Assembly (NCBI GenBank): GCA_021325515.1
Contig: JAJPHC010000013.1
Span: forward strand, 1 to 64,000
Length of the DNA stretch: 64,000 nt
Source of the DNA: Acidobacteriota bacterium
GTDB taxonomy: Bacteria; Acidobacteriota; Thermoanaerobaculia; Gp7-AA8
Reading direction: 5' to 3'
Shown here: positions 30,549 through 41,916 of the stretch, one piece after another
Position numbering within the stretch: the stretch's first letter is position 1
How the letters are laid out: each line of letters begins with the position of its first letter
Position numbers and translations under genes: made by a program
The notes under the pieces: generated by a model
Database searches by the model: none
Told to the model about the DNA's origin: nothing
The model's input: the letters and a program-made list of their open reading frames with translations, nothing else

Positions 30549-31746
30549 GCTGAATCTCCGTCAATTTCGACACCAGCTCGTAATTGCCGTGCCACTGGAC
30601 GAAGTCGGCCCCGCCCATGAACGCGCCATGCTTCGACGTCCGCCCGTCGTAATGCCACATGTTGAAGTAGGTGTACTCGAGCGGCTCATCGAATGGCTGC
30701 TTCGTCAGCTTTCCGTTCGCATGCATCTGATCGATGATGCTCTTCGCCTGCTGTACGATCGCGTTCGTCGACGCGATCTGCTGTTCGGCCTGAACGAAGA
30801 AGAGATCGATGCGCGGACGCGTGTGGCACTTGAGACAGATCTCCTTCATGTTCGCCTGCGCCAGCGCGTAGTTGGGGCGCTTCGTCGAGATCTCGGCGAA
30901 GAGGTACCAGGAGAGCCGCTCGCTCATGTCGTGCGTCACGTTCTGACCTTCGAGGCCGGACATGTGACAGGTGGCGCAGGTGGGCACGGGCATGTCGCGC
31001 GCGGTGAGCTTGCGCGCGGGCGCGTTCAGATTCATCGACGTGCGCTGCGCGTTGAAGAGCACGCCGTGCTTCGACTCGTGGTAGATCTCGATCTGCGAGT
31101 GGTCCGGTCCCATGTGGCATTGGCCGCACGTCTCGGGGAGACGCGCGAGCGCGACGGATGCGGAATGGCGCGCGTGGCAGTTGGTGCAGCTCCCGATCGA
31201 GCCGTCGGCGTTCGGCTTGCCGACGTTGTGGCACTTGTCGCAACCGCCGGAAACGGCGGTCGATCCTTCGAGCGTCGCGATGGCGTTGGGCTGGCGATTC
31301 ACGCTGCCGGGGTGGTACTGCTCGGCGAACGAAGCCTGTTCGGGCGTGAAGTCGCGCGCGCCGCTGACGGCAGCCCAGGAAGGCGCCGCATGGCGGCTGC
31401 GGAGAAACTGCCGGTACTGCGTCGCATGGCAGCGCGCGCAGTTCGCCGACGTGAGGCTCTTCGCGATGACGAAGCCGCGATGATCGAGCTTCGGCTGATT
31501 GCCGGCCGCGTTGTGGCAATCGAGGCAGGTCACCCCGGCCGCAGCATGCTTCGACATCTCGTACTCGTGCACGATCGCGGCCGTCTCTCGCGCATGGCAC
31601 TCGGCGCACTTCCCGCTGGCGCGGATGTTGGCCGGCTCGGGCTGCTCGACTTCGACGCGAGGCCGCTTGCTGTTGAGGATGAATGCGGCCACGACGATTG
31701 CCGCCGCGACGACGACCGCGATGAAGACCCCTCCGAACGAACGCAT
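30526..31746 (-). CDS. octaheme c-type cytochrome (HAO-like multiheme), membrane anchored
   Basis: Eight CxxCH motifs: CAECH, CLDCH, CARCH, CDKCH, CTNCH, CGQCH, CATCH, CLKCH. N-terminal TM anchor. GGAGG RBS before the ATG at 31746. Confidence 0.8.
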   Translation of the reverse strand: MRSFGGVFIAVVVAAAIVVAAFILNSKRPRVEVEQPEPANIRASGKCAECHARETAAIVHEYEMSKHAAAGVTCLDCHNAAGNQPKLDHRGFVIAKSLTSANCARCHATQYRQFLRSRHAAPSWAAVSGARDFTPEQASFAEQYHPGSVNRQPNAIATLEGSTAVSGGCDKCHNVGKPNADGSIGSCTNCHARHSASVALARLPETCGQCHMGPDHSQIEIYHESKHGVLFNAQRTSMNLNAPARKLTARDMPVPTCATCHMSGLEGQNVTHDMSERLSWYLFAEISTKRPNYALAQANMKEICLKCHTRPRIDLFFVQAEQQIASTNAIVQQAKSIIDQMHANGKLTKQPFDEPLEYTYFNMWHYDGRTSKHGAFMGGADFVQWHGNYELVSKLTEIQHAANAHP

Positions 31747-31782
31747 CCAACCTCCCGGCGGCACAGTGCTACTCTTTTTCAA

Positions 31783-32421
31783 ATGATCCGAAGCCTGATC
31801 CCAGCGATGGTGTTGCTCAGTTTCGCATGCGGCTCAGCCGTAATGAAACAATCTGTTCGTTATCTCGCGCTCGGCGATTCCTACACGATCGGCGAGAGCG
31901 TTGCGCCCGAGGATCGCTGGCCCGTGCTCCTCGCGAAGGACCTCCACCTGGGCGAACCTCAAATCATCGCGAAGACGGGCTGGACGACCGACGAGCTGAA
32001 TGCGGCGATCGACCGGGCGAATCCGCAGGGACCGTACGGTCTCGTGACGCTGCTGATCGGAGTCAACAACCAATATCGCGGCCGCAGCGCGGAGCAGTAT
32101 CGCGGCGAGTTTCGTGCGCTGCTGCAACGCGCGGTTAGCTTCGCCGGCGGCAACGCGGGGCACGTGATCGTCGTATCGATCCCCGACTGGGGCGTGACGC
32201 CCTTCGCGAAGGATCGCGACAAGGCGAAGATCGCGCGTGAGATCGACGAGTTCAACGCGATCAATCGCGACGAAGCGGCAAAGGCCGGCGCCCGCTACGC
32301 CGACATCACTCCGATCTCGCGCAGGGCCGCCGACGATCCGTCCCTCGTCGCGCCCGACGGATTGCATCCGTCGGGGAAGATGTACCGCGAGTGGATCCCG
32401 GTGATCAGGCAGCAGCGGTGA
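31783..32421 (+). CDS. SGNH/GDSL hydrolase (lipase/acylhydrolase)
   Basis: Signal peptide. GDSYT catalytic-Ser block, GxND block, DGLHP His block. Only the C-terminal 212 aa of the 629-aa track ORF are real. Confidence 0.85.
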   Translation: MIRSLIPAMVLLSFACGSAVMKQSVRYLALGDSYTIGESVAPEDRWPVLLAKDLHLGEPQIIAKTGWTTDELNAAIDRANPQGPYGLVTLLIGVNNQYRGRSAEQYRGEFRALLQRAVSFAGGNAGHVIVVSIPDWGVTPFAKDRDKAKIAREIDEFNAINRDEAAKAGARYADITPISRRAADDPSLVAPDGLHPSGKMYREWIPVIRQQR

Positions 32422-32488
32422 GCCGGCGGGCGGCATTTGGAGCAGGAGCCGTTTCCTGCTGCCTGCCTTGATGTATCTTTCCCCACCC

Positions 32489-34153
32489 ATGAGCACCGAG
32501 AGCCCTGCCAAACCGCGCGATTTCATTCGTGAGATCGTCGATGAAGACCTCCGCGCCGGCCGCTATCAGACCGTGATCACGCGGTTCCCGCCGGAGCCGA
32601 ACGGCTATCTGCACATCGGCCATGCGAAATCGATCTGTCTCAATTTCGGCGTGGCCGGCGAGTTCGGCGGCTGGTGCAATCTCCGCTATGACGACACGAA
32701 CCCGACGAAGGAAGACGTCGAGTACGTCGACGCGATCGAAGAGGATGTACGCTGGCTCGGCTTCTCGTGGAAGGAGCATCGCCACGCGTCCGACTACTTC
32801 GACCAGCTCTATGAATGGGCCGAGCACCTCATCACGCACGGCAAGGCGTACGTCGACAGCCTCAGCGCCGAGGAGATGCGCGAATATCGCGGCACGCTGA
32901 CCGAGCCGGGGAAGGAATCGCCGTACCGCAATCGCTCCGCGGAAGAGAATCTCGATCTCTTTCGCCGGATGAAGGCGGGGGAGTTTCCGGATGGCGCGCA
33001 CGTGCTGCGGGCGAAGATCGACATGGCGTCGCCGAACATCAACATGCGCGACCCCGTGCTCTATCGCATCCGCCACGATCATCATCACCGCACGGGCGAC
33101 AAGTGGTGCATCTATCCGATGTACGACTACGCACATCCGCCGTCGGATGCGATCGAGCATGTGACGCACTCGATCTGCACGCTCGAGTACGAAGACCACC
33201 GCCCGCTGTACGACTGGGTCATCGAGAATCTGCCGGTTCCCTCGCGCCCGCATCAGTACGAGTTCGCGCGCCTCAACCTCAATTACACGGTGATGTCGAA
33301 GCGCAAACTGCTGCGCCTCGTCGAAGAGAAGCATGTGAACGGCTGGGACGATCCGCGCATGCCGACGATCGCCGGTCTGCGGCGCCGCGGTTACACGCCG
33401 GCGTCGATCCGCGAGTTCGCGGAGCGCGTCGGGGTCGCGAAACGGGAGAACATCATCGATGTCGCGCTGCTCGAGTACTGCGTCCGCGATGATCTGAACA
33501 GGACGGCGAATCGGGTGATGGGCGTGCTCGATCCGCTGCGCGTCGTCATCGAGAACTATCCCGAGGGGGAGAGCGAGGAGCTGTCGACGCCGAACAATCC
33601 TGAAGATGAATCGGCGGGTGTGCGCAGCGTGCCGTTCTCACGCGTGCTCTACATCGAGCGCGAGGATTTCATGGAGGATCCTCCGAAGAAATTCTTCCGC
33701 CTCGCGCCGGGACGCGAAGTGCGTCTGCGCTCCGCGTACTTCATCACCTGCACGAGCGTCGTGAAGGACGAGAGCGGGAACGTCGTCGAGTTGCGCGCGA
33801 CGTACGATCCGGCGACGCGCGGCGGCGATTCGCCCGACGGGCGCAAGCCGAAGGCGACGCTGCACTGGGTCTCCGCGGCGCATGCGATCGATTGCGAAGT
33901 CCGGCTCTACGACCGCTTGTTCAAAGTCGAAGCGCCCGATGCGGGTGAGGACTTTCTCGCGCACCTGAATCCCGATTCGCTGCGCGTCGTTCCGAGCGCG
34001 AAGCTCGAACCGTCGGTCCGCGGCGCCCACCCCCAGTCCCGCTACCAGTTCGAGCGCCTCGGCTACTTCTGCGTCGACCCCGACTCGACGAGCGAGAAGC
34101 TGGTCTTCAATCGAACAGCGACGCTGAAGGATGCCTGGGCAAAGATGAAGTAG
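32489..34153 (+). CDS. glnS: glutaminyl-tRNA synthetase
   Basis: HIGH motif ([14 protein letters not shown]). KMSKS motif (VMSKRKL). Class-I catalytic core and anticodon-binding beta-barrels. Confidence 0.9.
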   Translation: MSTESPAKPRDFIREIVDEDLRAGRYQTVITRFPPEPNGYLHIGHAKSICLNFGVAGEFGGWCNLRYDDTNPTKEDVEYVDAIEEDVRWLGFSWKEHRHASDYFDQLYEWAEHLITHGKAYVDSLSAEEMREYRGTLTEPGKESPYRNRSAEENLDLFRRMKAGEFPDGAHVLRAKIDMASPNINMRDPVLYRIRHDHHHRTGDKWCIYPMYDYAHPPSDAIEHVTHSICTLEYEDHRPLYDWVIENLPVPSRPHQYEFARLNLNYTVMSKRKLLRLVEEKHVNGWDDPRMPTIAGLRRRGYTPASIREFAERVGVAKRENIIDVALLEYCVRDDLNRTANRVMGVLDPLRVVIENYPEGESEELSTPNNPEDESAGVRSVPFSRVLYIEREDFMEDPPKKFFRLAPGREVRLRSAYFITCTSVVKDESGNVVELRATYDPATRGGDSPDGRKPKATLHWVSAAHAIDCEVRLYDRLFKVEAPDAGEDFLAHLNPDSLRVVPSAKLEPSVRGAHPQSRYQFERLGYFCVDPDSTSEKLVFNRTATLKDAWAKMK

Positions 34154-34263
34154 ATGATGGGACGATGGGACCTATGGGACCTATGGGACCTATAGGGAAG
34201 GCGTTCGGTCTCCGCCCATAGGTCCCATAGGTCCTATAGGTCCCATTCGTCCCATCATCATCA
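34154..34263. repeat. family-A palindromic tandem-repeat element (GGGACCTAT units), copy 1
   Basis: TGATGGGACGATGGGACCTATGGGACCTATGGGACCTATAGGG - 19-nt loop - reverse complement. Fills the gap between convergent glnS and TauE genes. Confidence 0.85.
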
Positions 34264-35001
34264 TCGCCCTAACGCCAGCACGATCGTTCTGATCGAAAGG
34301 CCGATCACCACAATCCCCACAGTTGCCAGCATCGGGCGTGGCTGAATGTGCTTGGTGGCCCAGGCGGCCAGCGGGGCGGCGATGGCGCCGCCGATCGCGA
34401 GACCGGCGATCGGCTTCCAGAATGTGAAGCCGATCGTGGCGAAGAATGTCGCGGACGCCGCGACCGTGACGAAGAACTCCGCGAAGTTCACCGAGCCGAT
34501 CGTCGAGCGCGGCTCGTTGCCTCGCGCCAGCAGCGTGCCGGTGACGATCGGTCCCCAGCCGCCGCCGCCGATCGCGTCGAAGAATCCTCCCGCCAGTCCG
34601 AGAGGAATCAGATGCGTCGTCACCTCGCGATGGCCGCGGTGGCGCAGCGCCTTCGACAGAATCACGATGCCCATGACGAGCAGATATGCGCCGGTAAACG
34701 GTTTCATCCTGTCGCCCGGAATGCTGACGAGGATGTAGGCGCCGAGCACACCGCCGATGACGCCGGGGATCAGGAGTGCGCGCACGAGACGCTTGTCGAC
34801 ATTGCCGAAGCCGAAGTGCGATGCGGCGGAGAGGCCGGTCGTCACGCACTCCGCGGCATGCGTGCTCGCACTCGCGACGGCGGGCGGGAGTCCGAGGGCG
34901 AGGAGAAATGTGGTGGCGCTGACGCCGTAGGCCATGCCGAGGACGCCGTCGATCATCTGGGCGAAGAAGCCGACGAGGATGAAGAGCGGCAGCGAGGGCA
35001 T
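34261..35001 (-). CDS. TSUP family (TauE/SafE) sulfite/anion exporter
   Basis: Eight TM helices with the duplicated GxGGG motif (GGGGWGP). Confidence 0.85.
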   Translation of the reverse strand: MPSLPLFILVGFFAQMIDGVLGMAYGVSATTFLLALGLPPAVASASTHAAECVTTGLSAASHFGFGNVDKRLVRALLIPGVIGGVLGAYILVSIPGDRMKPFTGAYLLVMGIVILSKALRHRGHREVTTHLIPLGLAGGFFDAIGGGGWGPIVTGTLLARGNEPRSTIGSVNFAEFFVTVAASATFFATIGFTFWKPIAGLAIGGAIAAPLAAWATKHIQPRPMLATVGIVVIGLSIRTIVLALGR

Positions 35002-35069
35002 GCTCTGCGGAGTCTAATTAAGAATTCAGAATTACGAACTTAAATTTTATGTACCATTTGTAGCAACCA

Positions 35070-35294
35070 ATGGCGGTCTGCTGGCGTTGCCCACGCTGTG
35101 GCGAGGTGAGTTGCGAAGACGACGTGAACGCGGTCGGCCATCCTCTGGCCTGCGATCACTGCGAGCGTCCGTTTCTTCCGGCCGAGACGCAGTGCGCCGT
35201 CTGTGACGCGCCGAACCCCTGGAAGCGCCGCGACTCGATTCACTTCTGGTGCGTCGAGTGCGGCCACACGCAGATGTTCACGCGAGCCTCCTGA
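35070..35294 (+). CDS. small Cys-rich zinc-ribbon protein
   Basis: CxxC x4 (CWRCPRC, CDHC, CAVC, CVEC) in 74 aa. Confidence 0.5.
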   Translation: MAVCWRCPRCGEVSCEDDVNAVGHPLACDHCERPFLPAETQCAVCDAPNPWKRRDSIHFWCVECGHTQMFTRAS

Positions 35295-35360
35295 GCGGCC
35301 TTGCGATCCAGGCCTTCGTTGGTACAATGATTTATCTCACCAACTTGATGACGGGAGGGT

Positions 35361-35879
35361 GTGATGGGGGAGATCAAGCTGTTCCAGATCTGCTATGAGG
35401 GCGATCTGACGGTCGAGGTGTCGCAGGTGATGCGGCGTCTTGGCGCTGAGCCGAACTTCGATCAGAGCTGGCAGGTCTGGCTTCCGGAAGGCCGTCACGC
35501 CGCGCCGCTGGTCCGGTATCTGCGGTCGCATCTCGATGAAGACGCGAAGCTGCTCGTGGCGTGCACCCAATTCACCACCTCGCGCGATTTTCTGCTGCTT
35601 CGCCACAGTCTGACGCCGGGCGCCGACTACAGCGAGCTTCACGAAGCCATCGAGCGCCTCGGCACCATCGTGCCGCTGCCGTTCGATTCGGCGTTCGTGA
35701 TTCAGTCGAGCGACAGGACGGATGTGCAGACGCTCGGCGAGGCGCTCTCGGAGCTCTGTCCCGACGACTCGCTGATGATCAACGGCATCAGCCACGACTG
35801 GGCCTTCAGCGACTCCGGCTACAGCAGGATGTTCGTAGCGACAACCGCGGACGAACAGCTGCGCTTCAAGTCGTTCTGA
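35361..35879 (+). CDS. hypothetical protein
   Basis: No recognisable motif. Moderate-length ORF in a coding-dense region. Confidence 0.4.
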   Translation: MMGEIKLFQICYEGDLTVEVSQVMRRLGAEPNFDQSWQVWLPEGRHAAPLVRYLRSHLDEDAKLLVACTQFTTSRDFLLLRHSLTPGADYSELHEAIERLGTIVPLPFDSAFVIQSSDRTDVQTLGEALSELCPDDSLMINGISHDWAFSDSGYSRMFVATTADEQLRFKSF

Positions 35880-35906
35880 CGGTGCGCCCCGCGAAAGGGC
35901 GCACTG

Positions 35907-37232
<1,326 letters not shown>

Positions 37233-37324
37233 TGTCTATGATCGACGTTGCTGATGCCAATCGATCGTGCAACGCAGCAGCAAACTCCAACGGGCAGGCG
37301 TCTTGCGACAGAGCCCGCGATCGC

Positions 37325-38356
37325 ATGACCTTTGATCTCCAGCAGCAGGTTCCGCTCGCGCCCTTCACGACGATCGGCATCGGCGGGCCGGCGCGATTCT
37401 TCACGCGCGCGGCGTCGCTCGATGCCCTGCGCGACGCGCTCGCATGGGCCGCGCGCGAGTCGCAGCGCGTCTTCATCCTCGGCGGCGGCAGCAATCTGCT
37501 GATCGCCGATCGAGGCTTCGACGGTCTCGTCATCCGCATCGAGTTGCGAGGCATCGAAGAGCGCGATGGCCTGCTGCATGTTGCGGCGGGCGAACCGTGG
37601 GATGACGCCGTCGCGTACGCCGTGCGTCGCGGTCTCGCCGGCATCGAGTGCCTCTCCGGCATTCCGGGCCTCACGGGCGCAACTCCCATTCAGAACGTCG
37701 GCGCGTATGGACAGGATGTGAGCGAGACGATCGCGCGCGTGCAGGTGTGGGATCGCGCGGCGCAGTCGATCGCCGAGCTGACGAACGAGCAGTGCTGCTT
37801 CGGATATCGCTCGAGTCTGTTCAAGAATATCGAGAAGGGGCGATACGTCGTGCTCTCGGTTGCGTACGCTCTCCGCCCCGGCGGCGACGCGACCGTCCGC
37901 TATCCGGAGCTGCAGCGGTATCTCGATGAGCGCGCGATCCCGATCGGCGATCTGCAGCGGGTTCGCGAGGCCGTGATCGCGATCCGCAAGAGGAAGGGGA
38001 TGGTGCTCGACCCCGCGGATCCCGACACGCGGAGCGATGGATCATTCTTCATGAACCCTGTGATTTCCGCGGATGAATACGCATCGTTCGCGAAGATCGT
38101 GCCTGATGCGCCTCACTTTCCTGCGGCGGACGGGAGCGTGAAGCTCTCCGCGGCCTGGCTCATCGAGCACGCCGGCTTCCACAAGGGCTTCGTCCATGGC
38201 AACGCGGGACTCTCGTCGAAACATACGCTGGCGATCGTCAATCGCGGCGGCGCGTCGGCAGCCGAGGTCTTGAGTCTCGTGGAAAAAATTCAGGAAAAGG
38301 TGCGCGAAGCCTTTTCCGTCAATATTCATCCCGAGCCCGAATTCGTGCTCGACTGA
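37325..38356 (+). CDS. murB: UDP-N-acetylenolpyruvoylglucosamine reductase
   Basis: FAD-binding PCMH domain (GGGSNLL). C-terminal MurB domain. Start at MTFDLQQQ. Confidence 0.85.
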   Translation: MTFDLQQQVPLAPFTTIGIGGPARFFTRAASLDALRDALAWAARESQRVFILGGGSNLLIADRGFDGLVIRIELRGIEERDGLLHVAAGEPWDDAVAYAVRRGLAGIECLSGIPGLTGATPIQNVGAYGQDVSETIARVQVWDRAAQSIAELTNEQCCFGYRSSLFKNIEKGRYVVLSVAYALRPGGDATVRYPELQRYLDERAIPIGDLQRVREAVIAIRKRKGMVLDPADPDTRSDGSFFMNPVISADEYASFAKIVPDAPHFPAADGSVKLSAAWLIEHAGFHKGFVHGNAGLSSKHTLAIVNRGGASAAEVLSLVEKIQEKVREAFSVNIHPEPEFVLD

Positions 38357-38395
38357 CGGTGGTAAACTCCTTCTCGGAATCACCCGAACCAAGCC

Positions 38396-39052
38396 ATGGA
38401 CCTACGAGACCTCCGCGCCGCGGATCGGTACATAACGGATGAACGTCTGGTCGGCAGTTTTGGAGCGGCCAGTGTGGTCGTGGTCGACCTCTCGGATCAG
38501 GGCGCGCAGATCGAGCATCCTCAACCGCTGCGGCTCGGGCTTCGTGCGCGATTCTGGTTCCGGCGGGGAGACATCTCCGTCACCAGCCAGGCCATCGTCG
38601 TCTGGAGCCATCTTTCGAAGCGGGGAAATGTCGAAGGAAAGCTGCTCTATCGAAGCGGGCTGCGGATCGAAGAAGAGATCGATGCGTTCTACACGGCGCT
38701 GCAGCGGCTCGTTGAGCAGCAGATCGTGCGTCGCGATCTCGAGGCGCTGAACAAGAAGCGCAAGATCCTTCAGGATCGCGAGAAGCAATCACGTCCGATG
38801 ATGAAGCTCCTCCGGACGGAGAACGAGATTCCGCAGGACCAGGTCCTGCTCATTCAGCACGCGCGCGAGCGGCTGCGCATGCACCCGGAAGAAGCGCTCA
38901 AGTGGTACAACCGCGCGAAGTTCGCTCTCCTGGAGAACGGCGCCCAGGCCGCGGAAACCGTCCGCCATCGCGAAGACGTGCTCGCCGTATGGGAGTACCT
39001 CGAGCGCAGCGTCGACATCGCAACGATCGTCCGCGTCTTCGAGAAGAAGTGA
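38396..39052 (+). CDS. PilZ-like domain protein (putative c-di-GMP receptor)
   Basis: RxxxR (RAADR) followed about 25 aa later by DxSxxG-like VVDLSDQGAQI. Coiled-coil C-terminal half. Confidence 0.5.
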   Translation: MDLRDLRAADRYITDERLVGSFGAASVVVVDLSDQGAQIEHPQPLRLGLRARFWFRRGDISVTSQAIVVWSHLSKRGNVEGKLLYRSGLRIEEEIDAFYTALQRLVEQQIVRRDLEALNKKRKILQDREKQSRPMMKLLRTENEIPQDQVLLIQHARERLRMHPEEALKWYNRAKFALLENGAQAAETVRHREDVLAVWEYLERSVDIATIVRVFEKK

Positions 39053-39056
39053 GCGC

Positions 39057-39228
39057 ACGAGCGAGTGACGAGTGAACAGTGACGAGTGAACAGTGACGAG
39101 TGACCAGTGACGAGTGAACAGTGACGAGTGAACAGTGACGAGTGAACAGTGACGAGTGAAGAGCATCACTACTCATCACTCATCACTCGTCACTCATCAC
39201 TCATCACTAATCACTCGTCACTCGTCCA
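39057..39228. repeat. family-D tandem 14-mer (AGTGACGAGTGAAC) array in palindromic arrangement, copy 1
   Basis: About 7 direct units 39062-39163 followed by an inverted-complement array (TCATCACTCGTCAC units) 39165-39228. Lies between convergent genes. Confidence 0.85.
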
Positions 39229-39625
39229 AGTACCTTGAGACTCGCGTTCTCAGTTCCTGCGGTACCGGGACCGGCTTGAACGATCCCTGCTGGACGCTGA
39301 CCAGGATGTACTTGCCGGTTGCGACGAGCGTGTCGCCGAGCTTTGCCGCGAAGTGGAGGTGAATCGAGCTCGTGCCGATGCGGCCGAACCATGCTTCGAC
39401 GACGAGCAGATCATCGAGCCGCACCGGATTGTGGAAATCGCACTCGACGTGGACGCGCGGCAGCCAGATCCCGAGCTCCTCGAACATCACTTTATACGAC
39501 AGGTTGCAGTGCCGGAACAGCTCGACCTCGGCGAGTCCGAAGAAGCGCAGATAGGCCTGGTAGTTGATGATGCCGGCGGCATCGATGTCTTCCCAGCGAA
39601 CGTATTCCGAGATCGAGTAGCGCAT
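39218..39625 (-). CDS. acyl-CoA thioesterase (4HBT/YbgC-like hotdog fold)
   Basis: 135 aa starting MRYSISEYVRWEDIDAAG with conserved Asp. The rest of the 228-aa track ORF is upstream antisense artefact. Confidence 0.75.
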   Translation of the reverse strand: MRYSISEYVRWEDIDAAGIINYQAYLRFFGLAEVELFRHCNLSYKVMFEELGIWLPRVHVECDFHNPVRLDDLLVVEAWFGRIGTSSIHLHFAAKLGDTLVATGKYILVSVQQGSFKPVPVPQELRTRVSRYLDE

Positions 39626-39656
39626 CGCGATTTCCGGTTGCCTACAATACCGCGAC

Positions 39657-40928
39657 ATGAGACGACTGATCCTCCTGCTCCTGCTCGCCGCATCAGTCTT
39701 CGCCGCCGATGACGTCACCGTGATCCGCGCCGCGCGGATGATCGATGGCAAGTCGGACAGCGTGATCACCCCCGCAGTCATCGTCGTGCGCGGCAACAGG
39801 ATCGAAAGCGCCGGCCGCAACGCCGCCGCTCCCGCCGGCGCGAACGTCATCGACCTCGGCGACGCCACTCTGCTGCCGGGACTGATCGACACGCACACGC
39901 ACATCCTCCTCCAGGGCGACGTGACGGCCGAGGATTACGACGTGCAGTTGTTCAAGGAATCGATGCCGTACCGCGCGTTGCGCGCGAGTCGCGCTGCGAA
40001 AATCGGTCTCGAGAATGGGTTCACCTCGATGCGCGATGTGGAGACGGAAGGGGCGATGTACACCGACGTCGACGTCAAGCGCGCCATCAACAACGGCGTG
40101 ATTCCCGGGCCGCGCATGACCGTCTCCACGCGCGCGATGTCCGTGACCGGAGGCTATGGCCCCGCGGGTTACGCGCCCGAGGTGACGTATCCGATGGGGG
40201 TGCAGATCGTCGATGGCGTCGAGGCCTGCCGCAAGGCGGTGCGCGAGCAGATCTGGCACGGGGCGGACTGGATCAAGGTGTATGCCGATCGCGCCTACTT
40301 CGTCGCGAAGGACGGGACGCTGTCGTCGATCCCGACCTTCACAGCGGAAGAGATGAAGGCCATCGTCGATGAGGCGCATCGCCTTCGCCACAAGGTCGCG
40401 GCGCACGCGATGGCGCGGCCGGGACTGACGAACGCGCTCAATGCCGGCGTTGACAGCATCGAGCACGGTGTCGCGATCCCCGACGATCTGATGGACCTCA
40501 TGGTGAAGAACGGCACGTACCTCGTGCCGACGCTGACGGTGACGGAGTACGTCGCGCCGGGACGCACGGCGGCCGGCGGCGCGATCTGGGGAAAGATGCC
40601 GCTGTTTCATCGCGACTCATTTCAGCGCGCCGTGAAGAAGGGCGTGAAGATCGCGTTCGGCACGGACGTCGGCGGTTTTCCGTGGGAGATGAATGAGGCG
40701 CGCGAGTTCACCTACATGACGAAGTTCGGGATGACGCCGATGCAGGCCATCCGTTCGGCGACGGTCGTCGCCGCGCAACTGCTCGGCCAGGAAGAGCAGC
40801 TCGGCTCGCTCGAACAGGGCAAGCTCGCCGACATCGTGGCCGTGCCCGGCAATCCGCTCGACGACATCAGCGCGATGGAACGGGTACGGTTCGTGATGAA
40901 GGATGGGCACGTATACGTGAACCGATGA
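39657..40928 (+). CDS. metal-dependent amidohydrolase, secreted
   Basis: Signal peptide. IDTHTHI metal motif. Further His (H..H) and the Asp of the TIM-barrel amidohydrolase superfamily. Confidence 0.85.
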   Translation: MRRLILLLLLAASVFAADDVTVIRAARMIDGKSDSVITPAVIVVRGNRIESAGRNAAAPAGANVIDLGDATLLPGLIDTHTHILLQGDVTAEDYDVQLFKESMPYRALRASRAAKIGLENGFTSMRDVETEGAMYTDVDVKRAINNGVIPGPRMTVSTRAMSVTGGYGPAGYAPEVTYPMGVQIVDGVEACRKAVREQIWHGADWIKVYADRAYFVAKDGTLSSIPTFTAEEMKAIVDEAHRLRHKVAAHAMARPGLTNALNAGVDSIEHGVAIPDDLMDLMVKNGTYLVPTLTVTEYVAPGRTAAGGAIWGKMPLFHRDSFQRAVKKGVKIAFGTDVGGFPWEMNEAREFTYMTKFGMTPMQAIRSATVVAAQLLGQEEQLGSLEQGKLADIVAVPGNPLDDISAMERVRFVMKDGHVYVNR

Positions 40929-41398
40929 AGATTCTGAAACGCATCGCGATTGCCATCCCACTCATTCTGATCCTCATGCAGTTGTATCGTCCCTCGCGTG
41001 AGAATCCGCCGGTCGATCAGAACATGGTCATCGAGAAGTCGATGAACGTGCCGCCGAACATTCAGGCGATTCTGAGCCGCTCGTGCGACGACTGCCACTC
41101 GAGCAAGACGGTGTGGCCGGCGTACAGCAGCATTGCTCCCATCTCCTGGGTGCTCGCGCACCATGTCAGCGAAGGAAGGCGCGAGCTGAATCTGTCGGCC
41201 TGGGGGACGTACAACCTCAGGCGCAAACAGCGGAAGCTCGATGAGATCTGCGAGCAGGTGCACAGCAAGGAGATGCCGGTGACGTCGTACGTCTGGATTC
41301 ATCACGAGGCTGCGTTGTCGGACGCGGACCGCGCCGCACTCTGCGACTGGGCAAAAGCGGAGAAGGCCAGACTGCCGGCGGCGCCTGCCGGCAGGTAG
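40925..41398 (+). CDS. heme-binding-domain protein (single CxxCH), membrane anchored
   Basis: N-terminal TM helix. CDDCH motif. Similar to Haem_bd-type proteins. Confidence 0.6.
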   Translation: MKILKRIAIAIPLILILMQLYRPSRENPPVDQNMVIEKSMNVPPNIQAILSRSCDDCHSSKTVWPAYSSIAPISWVLAHHVSEGRRELNLSAWGTYNLRRKQRKLDEICEQVHSKEMPVTSYVWIHHEAALSDADRAALCDWAKAEKARLPAAPAGR

Positions 41399-41457
41399 CT
41401 GTTAACCAAACCCCTGTCTCATCCGTATAGGCCTTCGGAAATCGCACCGGAGGCTTC

Positions 41458-41910
41458 ATGGCATTCGACTCTGTCTATCTGATCCCCATCGCGGCATTCG
41501 CGATGATCGCCGTGGTCGTCATCTCGATCGCGAAGACGCGCCAGCGCAGCAGCGAGGTGCGCGCCGAAGTGCAGTCGAAGCTGATCGAACGATTCAGCTC
41601 GGCTCCGGAGTTCCTCACCTTCATCCAGACGGAAGAGGGGAAGAAGTTTCTCGGCCACTTCGAGAGCTCGCCGAAGCTGAATGCGCGCGACCGGATCATC
41701 CGCGTGATGGGGCGCGCACTCGTCGTCGGTTCGGTGGGAATCGGCTTTCTGATCATCGGCTTCCTGCCGCAGACCTACAACGAGTTCTGCATCATCAGCG
41801 GCTTTCTGCTGATGGCGCTCGGTGGCGGTCTGTTTCTCTCCGCGCTACTCTCGCTGAAGCTGTCGCGCGAATGGGGGCTGATGGACAACCAGCCGCCCGC
41901 GAATTCGTGA
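41458..41910 (+). CDS. hypothetical membrane protein
   Basis: Three predicted TM helices, no domain hit. Confidence 0.45.
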   Translation: MAFDSVYLIPIAAFAMIAVVVISIAKTRQRSSEVRAEVQSKLIERFSSAPEFLTFIQTEEGKKFLGHFESSPKLNARDRIIRVMGRALVVGSVGIGFLIIGFLPQTYNEFCIISGFLLMALGGGLFLSALLSLKLSREWGLMDNQPPANS

Positions 41911-41916
41911 TGCGCG

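Noticed and set aside
30532-32421. 629-aa ORF spanning the cytochrome locus
   Set aside because: Chimeric. Only the last 212 aa (SGNH hydrolase, start 31783 with a signal peptide) are coding. The N-terminal part is antisense to the octaheme cytochrome.
34190-34849. ORFs translating repeat elements (for example 34190..34849, 38789..39169, 47842..48681, and the N-termini of 59972..60826 and 51833..52834)
   Set aside because: They encode runs such as MGPMGPMGG or VTSE and arise from reading through the palindromic repeat families. They have no independent support.
39057-39228. Possible CRISPR array (regular short repeats)
   Set aside because: The units are contiguous tandem repeats with no unique spacers and no cas genes nearby. 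The same is true for families A and D elsewhere. They are classed as tandem/palindromic repeats instead.
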